From: Gnetum montanum
Lineage: Eukaryota > Plantae > Gnetophyta
Direction of reading: 5' to 3'
Length of the DNA: 64,000 nucleotides
Assembly (NCBI GenBank): GCA_015680685.1
Contig: MNCI01001832.1
Span: 5,404-69,403 of the forward strand
A program made the position numbers and the translations under genes. The notes under the pieces are model-generated. The model did no database searches, was not told where the DNA came from, and worked only from the letters and a program-made list of their open reading frames with translations. Numbering within the stretch: position 1 is the first letter of the stretch; every line of letters begins with the position of its first letter. Positions 54,196-64,000 of this stretch are shown here, piece by piece.

Positions 54196-55087
54196 CATAT
54201 GAATCACAAGCATTCACATGCAATTTGGTCAAATTCCATGGACTTTGTAGTTTCTGGTGCACTAGTCTTCTAGGAAGTGAATCTTTGCCTTAAGGTCAAT
54301 TGTTGTCTTCCCAATTACACTTGTGAAGTACACTAGTATGGTTAAGTGTAATAGAGGCATCTAATTCTTCTCATTTTTTATTTTATGGTTTAGTGTTCAA
54401 ATGAAGATAAAATTAATTGGATGAACTAATTTAAATTAACTAATTAACTAGTGTCTAACTATTTCTAACATAAGCATTTGGTCTCACTTTCCATACATAT
54501 CCTAAACCCACGTATCAACTACTGGGTTACCAAATGCTACGCTATTGGGCATACCAAGCAATAACACTACTGGGATTACCAAGTGAATACGTGTTACACT
54601 CAAAGCGATCGTACTTATTTGTTTATTCTATCTTGCTTAATTTCTTCATTAACTTAATTACTAAAAAATATTTAATACATAACTAAAAAAATTTAATAAA
54701 TAATTGAAAAAATTACATGCATAAATAAAACATTTAATCTATCTAGAATGCTACAAGGTTTAGCAAAAAGTTCATCTTTATTTCCACACACACTATCATG
54801 CTTAGGTATAACAATGCTCTAATAAAGATCCATACACTCAATGGCTCTTGTTGTAGGCACTTAGGAGAAAAATTCTAACTCAAAAATGAACAAACTACAA
54901 GGGCTTAACTGCTACTAAAATCTCAATTTCCATAAATGCATCTAGTGGCCACATATTTATAGCTAAATAAAAATACTACGTCGATGGGGCCTCATCAATG
55001 CATGATACGATGTGTCAATGAGGCCTAGTTGACAAGGCTGCATCAACGAGGCCTCATCGACGTAGCCAACAAAACTATGACTCATCA
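54196..55087 (-). repeat. Family X LTR (probably solo) inserted in element E's 3' LTR
   Basis: Homologous to 33458-34270 and 61813-62692; ends ...ACTCATCA at 55087. The left end lies in an N gap, so the TSD cannot be checked. Confidence 0.75.
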
Positions 55088-55895
55088 CCAACATTACTGC
55101 ACCAAGCCATTGTTAGAGTGAATGGGGCTTTCACTTCAAACAATCTCAGCATTGCTCCTACAACTTCAACATTGCTACTGAAAGACCATCATGGGTGGGA
55201 GAAGCTAGTGTAAATGAAAAGACCATTTCCTATTTTTGATAACCAACATGATTTTGGTACCTTGGGGATATCAAAGCTTATCACTAAAATACCTACCACA
55301 CGTACACATGACATCAATCTGTCAATAATCATGAAAAATATTGCATCCATAATTTAGCTAGCATATAACCTATATAAGCCAATTTTAAACACCTTGAAGG
55401 GGTTCCACCACTTTTGAATTCCTAGGCTTATCAACTTGAATGAAACACAAAGCTTTTAGGCAATTCTTGAGCATGGAACTCTTAACCATTCAAAGCACTT
55501 GTAACCTTAAGGATTATGTGAGACTTTTTCAAGTAACACTGTACTACTTGGGCATCACGACTCCCAATGTTGTACCACTTTTGTAACAAAAATCCTTCAC
55601 ATACGTTACCCCCCTTATGACCAATGTTGCAGACCTGTGAGAGAAACCTACCAAAAGTTTTGGTTTTGGAAGTTGGAAAGTACTTGGATCATGTAGCTGA
55701 CTATGGTGTGCAAGACTACCAGCTTCAAGCTCCACTAAAGAAAATCCCTTATTCATCCAAGCACCATTTGGACACATTCTGAACTTTTTTTCTTTACAAT
55801 ATTTTCATTATAATAAAATTTATAGTTCATTTATTATGCAAATTTGTTATGATTTTATTTTGTGCATTTATTTTCTAGATCATATTTGCAATATT

Positions 55896-57750
55896 TTTAT
55901 TAACAAGAATAGCAACCCCTCCTTTATTAATTTCATGAGGAGTAAAAAAATAATGCGATTTATTAAAAATCATTTACTAATAAAACTAATATCATGAGCT
56001 AAAATCTAATTTCTTGTAGAAAAAGAAAATCTAGAGATAAATGCTAGTTTGTAAGATATTTCTTAGAAATATTTGCTTGGGACCTATTAGAAAGGTCCTA
56101 AATATTCCATGATAAAATTAACATTGAGATGTAGGGAGGAGGCCCCCATGCTTGATTTTTCAAGGTTAACATTTATCTCACAATCTATGTCATTAATAAG
56201 TGAAAAAACATTATCTAATAAAAAAACATTTAAAATAGTAGTAGAAGTAAAACAAGAAAGAGATACCTTTGGGGTTTTTAAATTGAAAGCAATATTTATA
56301 GATCTCTTCTTTTTACGTTATATTGAGTGAAATTCATCTAAATTAGTATTTTCATTACTAATTCTTACTAAACCTCTTTATTTTCTAAAGAGAAATTCTC
56401 TCTAGATATCAAGAGTTTACTTACTCCTTTAGAATTAAAAGGATTAGTAAAATATTGAAAACTTATTGAAGAAGATTTTATTTATGCCTTCCTAACAATA
56501 CTATTTTTTTTTCTAAAAATTACTAATTTTTTCTTTGCAAACCACTTTTTTATTGAGAATATAATGGATTTCAATAATATGGCCTTCACAACAATAATAG
56601 CTGCAACATCCATACACGTTATAATAGGTAATTTTGTGGGAAAAACATTGATTGACAGCCTTAATTTTTAATTGTATCTTCTTCTATCACAAATCAATTT
56701 CTACAAGATAACATCTACACTATATATCATCTAGTAATATTTTTTATTGTCTTTTGGATTGTGTCAATGTTGTTATTAATTTCACTTTCAACACTTTGAA
56801 AAATAAGAGGAAAAGTTTTCTAATTTAACTCAGTAACAAATTTTAGAATAATAAAAAAATTATGAATCAAAATTCACTTTTCATTCCTAAGAAATAAAAT
56901 CATTACTCTAACCCATAAAAACTTTTAGATCCAATGATTTCTCAACCATCTCAAAATTTGCTAGTTCAACAAGCAAAAAAGATTCACAAAAATAGCATGC
57001 GTACAAAACATTAATTCTATATCATTCAAAGATAACTTAAATCACTAATGTAAAATCCTTATTGGAGCAAAAAAATTCCAATAATCTACAAAAATATGTA
57101 TCATGAAGTGATATCTTTTGATAGGGATTCATATAAATTATCACATCAAACAAAATCAAAAGCTATAGAATTCTTCAATCCTAACAATCTAAGAGACATT
57201 AGTATTTTCCATCTTCATATCATTCCTCGCAAAAAAAATTCCTATTGCAAAAACTCCACTAAAATTCTTAAGATTGTCAAGCCAATAAGGAAAGTAATAG
57301 ATGCAAATTGAAGTTAGACAAGAATATGGCTCTTTTGATCAAATATAGGCTTAATCATCGTGCCAGTGTTGGATTCCCTCTAAGTGATAGATTTAGAAGG
57401 AAGATAACCTTAAGAAATCCTCATATCATAACCCAAATACATTATTTCCACACTAATAAATCTTTCTTTTTATTTCCTTTTGCATTTTCCTTTCACATTA
57501 TTTTTGCATGTTGTCAAAAGCTACAAATATTTAACATTTTCCATGAAATCCAGGAATGGGATGTTACAACAATAGAATGCCAAGCCTCTTCCATGATTAT
57601 TCTTTTTACATAAAAAGCCAAAACTTTTAAGTAGGTAATGTAGCTACCAAAAATGTCTTTCATGATTACTATTTTTACATGGAAAGCTAAAAAATTTTAG
57701 GTAGGTAATGTAGCTAATAAAAATGGATTATGTTGATATTTTAAAATATA
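55896..57750 (-). mobile_element. L1/Tx1-like LINE: ORF1 remnant and start of the ORF2 endonuclease
   Basis: MLILSWNI* at 56124, FLQEIRF and NKGGVAILV (APE endonuclease). Upstream is a decayed ORF with a WVMI*GF motif resembling ORF1. Confidence 0.75.
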
Positions 57751-59906
57751 ATACATGGTAGGGCTTATGGGAATTTGGAAGGGAACTACATCATTGTGAC
57801 ATAGGAAAGAAAAAAAAAATTGGGAGAATTTAGATAGAAATTTATATTGTTTCTCCCTCATTATTCTTCCTAACATCGTATAGTCTTTCATATGATCTTT
57901 TTTGCTTTTGAGCAAATAAAACTATTACCTCTATTTAATATTATCAAAGTCATGTATCAATTTATTTATTCATGTAATTTCAAGATATCTTCTTTAAGTT
58001 TACAGATTGCATCATAGTTTTCTTGTAAATAAATGCCTTACAGGAGAAATGATTTAATAGATATTTATTTACCTCTTATTTTTATATTTATTCTTATATC
58101 TTATTTTTATTTTATTTCCATAACAACAAAAATCTTCATTGTACTACATTAAAAAATTGTAATAATTTTACATTTTTTCATACTATGCATCTTGAGATGC
58201 ACCTTTTTTAATATACATTTGAACTTGCTATTTAGTTTGAAATTTAATCATAAAAAATGAAGCCTTTAAATAATTATAAGTTTTGGTACTATTTAATGAT
58301 TTTCACATATTATTTCATTAATATGTAAGAGAGATTTTTTATCCTAATTTTTAGGACTTAAGAAAATCTTTAAATAATTTTTCAATTAGCCTTATCTTTA
58401 AGACAATGATATAAAACACAAAGATAATAGAGAACTCTCAATCAAATTTAATTTTTATTTAAAGAGGATTCATAGCCCATTAGAATAGAAAAAATCTTAG
58501 CATCCTAATTTAAGAAAATGAATATGCATTTTTTTCTATTGTTTTACCTTATACTAAAAACTTCCTATTGTACCAATTCATGTGAGTTTGTTGAACTAAC
58601 AAAAAATCATTAAAAATTATGATTAGATAGGTATAGGGATTAATTAAGGTTACTACCCTTCATTGGTGTCATATAAGAATATGTGAGAGTGAACAAACAT
58701 TAAATAGTGAAGGTTTGAAAAAAAAAAGAATGAAATTCTCCTTGATACTTCCTAAATCTCATATAATTTATGATTAGATGCAACTTATGATATCTTTATA
58801 TTTTTCAAAGCTTGATGAATTTTCCCTAGTTATTGTATGATTGTTATTCTCTTAATTGATATTTAGCTTTGAACTTCATTGAAGATAGTTAGGAACTTTT
58901 AGGTGCTTATATATCTTTAAACTCATCTTCTTGGATTAAAAAAAACATGGAAACCAAACCAATCACTTTTTTCTTATACTAGAATAATTAATGTAGTCTT
59001 ATTGAATGGTTTACTCAAATTAAAATTAAGTTAAACATAGCATTTGAAATTCTATCAAATGTGTTTTGATTTTGTACAAGATGCTATAAAAGAATCAAAT
59101 TTAGCAATTTCATTTCATGCTTGTAGGTGATTTTATGAAGTCATTATAGCAAACATTGAATTTCAAATGCTAGTTATAAAATTTATTTTCTTTTAACTGT
59201 TGATAGGCTTATGATAATGATTAATGCTTAAGAGAAAACTAGGTTTTGGAAAAATGCTTGGTGTAAAGATATGTAGAACCCTTGAAGGCCTTTTCTCAAA
59301 GGCTTCACTAAGATGGCATTAGTACTAAAATGACACATTTACATGAATTTATAAAGATCATGTAGGTGACTTACTAAAGAAAATTTTAAGTACAGAGTTC
59401 ATAAACAATTGAAGTGGTCTAACAAAGAAAAATCTAATACCAATGATTATGTTGAAAGAATTATCATTGTTATAATCACAAAATGCTAGATGCTAATATT
59501 CCTACAAAAAATAGGTATCTTTGTGAATATAAATCAAAAAAGACAATTTTCATTGTAGAAAAGAGTAATAAATTCTAGAAAACAATCAAAAAAAAGTGGT
59601 TGCATGTACAATTTCATCATTTGTGTTATGAGTCAAGCAAAGGATAGAGCTTATATAATTCTTAAATAATTAGAGCACGCAAATGCAATAGGGAAATACT
59701 ATAATGGGCTACTTGGTCTAATTGAAGATAGGAGAATTGCATATAACATCAACATATCTAATAAACTTCATGATAAAATAGCTTATTATTGTCATCAAGG
59801 ACTACTTGTTGATGTTATTTATACCATGTGAAAGATTTATTTAAGGATAAGAACATGAAAGTTTCAACATTAATACAAAGCAAGACATATTCTAAAACAA
59901 AAAATG

Positions 59907-59938
<32 letters not shown>

Positions 59939-59951
59939 GTATATATATATA
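59907..59951. repeat. Compound (TA)n(TATG)n microsatellite
   Basis: Read directly; lies inside a MULE exon. Confidence 0.95.
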
Positions 59952-61812
59952 AGATATATGTGAGAACAAAACCAACATTTAAAAAGCATCCTAATGATAA
60001 AATTAGTATATAGATGTGGTATGAATAGTACTTAAATTTATTTTTCATATACCAAGAAGATAAAATTGATCAAAATGTTCTATTGATAACTGATATTCAA
60101 TCACCATGAATGTTGAAAAAGATGGTCCAACTTTCACATCACAATTTGGTTATCATGGATTCCACTTTAATACCAACAAGTATGGGGTAAGATTCAAGAC
60201 ATTTTTATTATTTTTACTCATATCATCAATGAAATTTCATATTTAAAATAGATCAATTATTAGCATGTTTTTATATTGAAATTTTTATTTTTTGTACTCA
60301 CCTAATTTCACTTGCATACAATCATGGCTTTTGATGATTACTAAAATGAAATCCCAATTGCATGGATAATTTCATCTCAGTGCTTCCAAGAGGATGTAGA
60401 AAAATGTTTACAAGTAAGATCTAAAAGATGCAAAACTATAATGATAAAATAAAAAATCAATGCAATGATTATGAACAATTCAAGAGCAAAGATGAATGTA
60501 ATTTGATAACATATTATATTTCTTAAATTATGTTTCAAAATTTATAGTCTTGAATATATTTTTATTTTACAATTATAAAGAATTTGCATAAGTGGTTATG
60601 TAGGTCGATTCTAGGTTGTTGAATTTTTGTTTGCACATGGCATGTTGCTTGTACCTGGAGGACAAACTTAATAGCATAGGTAAAGGATCATGATGATAGA
60701 AGAATGATGTCTATAGCACTTAATAAGATATTGAATGAATGTACTAATTATGAGGATGTCCCAAAATCCCTACAACAATTCATCTCAACATATAATAGGT
60801 ATTAGGAGTTTATACTATATATTCAAAAACAATGGATTGACAATGAAAAATTTTATATGTAGTTTTTTTAAAATCTATATTTATGAATGAGATTTACTTT
60901 TCACTATCTAATTTTGAACTTTTATGTTTTTTATGTTTATGTTTTTTTTTTTTAATTTACTTTCTTATAGTTATGTGAACAAAGTCATTTTACAATGTGC
61001 CACATGATAGATATCATACAAACAGTACTATTAAAGAATATCATTCATTTCTAAAAGGTAAATTTCTCAAGGACATAAAGAATAGAAGTTATAGAAGGAT
61101 CGACTAGCTAATATGATATTTATCAAGTATGAAACTACATTTTCGAAATGCTTGTAGATTGAAAGATGTAGGATTCATTATGAACAAAAAATCAAACCAA
61201 GAAACATGAATAAAGACTTTGAAAATCTCTAATTTAGATTACATATAGAGTGAGAATCATGAGGATGAATATGTAGTTTGTAGCCCAAGTTCCAAGTCAC
61301 CCTCAAGCTTGCATGTGCAATCAAAGATATTTTCAAATGAAATAACTTATGAATGTATGTGGGCCAAACAAGGTAACATTTGCAATCATGCAATTAAGGT
61401 CATTGTACTATTAAAAGGAGCTAAATAAGATTACAAATATCATTTTCAGGAACAGAAATTTGATAGTAAATATGATGGTGAAGTGTATACTTTACCACAG
61501 AAATTTCTTGTCTTAATGAAATTGTCGGGTTGGGAATGCATGATAATTCATAACAATTGATATGTACTTCTACCACAAAACCCAATTCTAATTAGCCTTT
61601 AATAGTTGACTTTCATATTTTGGAGAAAACCAATGGTTCACACCATATAGACAATATAGAAATAGTTCTTATAAATAATCAAACTAAGATATCTGTAAAA
61701 TAGAAAATAAAGAAGAAAGTTTATAAGATACAAAGCAACCTTCTCAATATTAGTAGGAAGCTTCCAAGAGATATTGAAAGCATTAATAAAATTGAGTAAT
61801 ATGTTTTAAAGT

Positions 61813-62692
61813 TGATGAGTGGCGAGGTACCCCAACACTCAACCATATGAAACAAGCGTAGCATGCACGATTCGATCGAACTCCGCAGACGGACTAGTTG
61901 TGGCACCTAGATAGTTATCCTTAGGTCGCAGTTTGCTGTCTTCCCACCTAGACTAGTATTATATTTTTCACATATGGTTTAGTCTAGATGAGGTTTATGA
62001 TGTGTTCCTAATCTATGCTACTCCTAAAGGTAGCTGAAAATAATATTAACTAAGCTAAGCTAGGAGGAGAAAGGTGAGAGAATCTAATCTAGCCTAAGTG
62101 CAACGAGCAACCGATTCCTTGATCAACCGTACACATCTTGGACCTCGTGCACGACTACCACTAGGATTACCAAGCGTAGATCCTAGGTATGCCACTAGGC
62201 TACCAAGTAGTCACACTTAAATGCTCGTAATCAAGTCGTACGTGTTCCACGTTGCGATGAGTAGCCGATTCCTTGACTAACCGTACACATCCTTAGATGC
62301 TCGTAATCAAGTCGTACTCATACCACATTCTAGGAGTTTAAGGGTAAGAGAGAAAGCAGTAAATAACAATTAAATAAACAAATAAATAACAAAATGACTA
62401 CTACAATGATGAAGTAATCTCGATCTTTATTGCTGGTCATGTGCGTGTCCAAGTACGTCACACTCGAATAAGACACCGTACAATTACATTCACCACACTG
62501 CGAGTAGACACGGGAAAAATGATCTATCTCTGGAGTGGTCAAACTACCAGAGCTTTACTACTCCTATTCTATCTATGTTAAACAAGGGAGAGTCGTGTCT
62601 TATTTATAGATATGGCGACGGATTGCGAAATCGCGTACGCGATATCGTAGGGAAGATGCGATATCGTGGCCTATGCGAATCGCGTCTCATCA
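61813..62692 (-). mobile_element. Solo LTR, family X
   Basis: TGATGAG...CTCATCA termini, TSD AAAGT (61808-61812, 62693-62697), homologous to the element C LTRs. Confidence 0.95.
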
Positions 62693-63151
62693 AAAGTTGA
62701 TAGAGAAGTATGAATTTCAAAAACAATTAAAGGATCTTGTAGAAAAAAATGACTATCTAGTTCAATTAGTCCAACTAGAATAAAGAAAAAGTTCATGTCA
62801 AGTCATGCATGTAAATGCAAGTTATCATTTAAAGATGATAGCTTTGTTTGTCCCATTTTGGAGAAGGTAGTGCTTTAATACGAAGAAAGTATATGTATTC
62901 TTAGTTATTTATCTCATGTCTTTATTTGATTTTTGTAATTACATTTCTAAGCACATTTTTTATTTGTTTCTATCATTTTATAATAATTAACATTTTGTTA
63001 TTTCATTATAGCAAGGATCTCGGTGAGGACTAGAACACATAGTTGATGTTATGTTTTTGGTAAACAATTTATTCAACTTTAATTTTAAAATATGCATACT
63101 ATGTAATCAAGCACTTTGAAGATAGATCTTGTAAATATCAAATTTCATATG

Positions 63152-64000
63152 TGAAACATCACCAAGAAAACACATGTTGTAACTTATAACCTTCACCACC
63201 CAACTTAAGGCAAGATCTTATTGTAAATGTAAGGTTTGTGGACAATAAGCTACAATCTTGCATACTTTAACTTTTTGGGGCTGAAAAATGCCTCATAAGT
63301 TGCTATTGCCTCACTTCACAAGTTGAAAAAGTGTTGTTATGTCTATATGGGCTTGGGAAGGCTAAAAATGCCTTAGATACTACCAAATTTATCATTTTCA
63401 TGGGTTTTTTGTGGGGATATAGCCTTGACTACGTTGGAACTACCTACCCCCAATGTAGATGATGTTGGCTATTCACTTTTCCAACAAAACCCAACATAGT
63501 TACCACAAAATCCAACATAGCTACAAAAATCTAACATTGGATTTATTGGGTTTTCCATTTTCCTAGCAATGGCTAGCGTAGTCATGATAGTTTTCTAGTG
63601 GTAGTAGCATAGCCAACATAGTCATCATGGATTTCTAGTAGCTATAGTATGCCTAGCATAGTCAACATGACTACAAAAGATTCTAACAAATTCTAGCATA
63701 GTCCTCCGAGGCTAATGTAGTTGAGGTGAACACTACTGTAGTAACCAAAGTCCATTTACTATTTTTAGTATACAAATGGGTTTTGATGACTTTGATGTAT
63801 CAAAACTTACTATAAATGATCAACTACATGAGAATCATAGCCATTGTGCCTACAAATAAACACCAATCTATTAGTAATCATGACAGAAATTTGTAGCCTT
63901 ATATCAACAAGCTAAAACCTATAAAAGCCAAACTTGAACACCTTATTCATGTCTTGAAAAAATTTTGTTCTGAACCTTTGCAACCTAAATCATTTTACAC
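63152..64000 (+). repeat. Family Z LTR (runs off the window end)
   Basis: TGAAACATCACCAAGAAA start, collinear with the LTRs at 43043 and 53833. Confidence 0.82.

Larger units (their letters stand above)
43043..55895 (+). mobile_element. Tat/Ogre-like Ty3/gypsy element E, gag only (LTR family Z)
   Basis: 5' LTR from 43043 (TGAAATACC; end uncertain, ~44350). PPT AAAGAGGAGCCAA (53820-53832). 3' LTR from 53833, interrupted and truncated. No pol motifs seen; PBS not identified. Confidence 0.78.
59127..63040 (+). pseudogene. Intron-containing MULE-type transposase with SWIM zinc finger, degenerate
   Basis: GCMYNFII, KHPNDKISI, IMDST.NTNKYG followed by GTAAG (60187), IMAFDDY..IPIAWII, CTWHVACTW, IKEYHSFLK, RRID.LI; SWIM ECMWAKQGNICNHAIKV (~61350-61400). 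Confidence 0.85.

Overview
This is AT-rich, strongly CpG-depleted plant-type nuclear DNA, and it is almost entirely nested, decayed transposable elements. I see no intact host protein-coding gene, no RNA gene and nothing prokaryotic. Order along the window: an LTR remnant (1-650); a CpG-rich non-TE island (~660-1990); Athila-like Ty3/gypsy element A (+, ~2100-19625), which has gag-pol and an extra ORF and is split by a pol-less Sirevirus-like copia (3944-10641, TSD AAATG); the 3' part of a ZNF862-like hAT transposase; truncated Athila-like element B; pol-less Athila-like element D (-, 24412-42263), which contains the younger pol-less element C (33458-40863, TSD ATGTT); an L1/Tx1-like LINE split by a gag-only Tat/Ogre-like element E (43043-~55895); and an intron-containing MULE/SWIM transposase pseudogene carrying a solo LTR (61813-62692, TSD AAAGT). 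The best leads are four. (i) In both a copia and a gypsy element, the LTR's palindrome-array + TATA module recurs internally upstream of an extra ORF, and the two ORFs share motifs. (ii) Four elements from three lineages lack RT/RNaseH/integrase, one with an in-frame Gag-PR/Pol-tail fusion. (iii) Small, possibly spliced ORFs occupy the extra-ORF position in C and D. (iv) The CpG island is unexplained. All family assignments come from motif recognition by eye, not from database searches.
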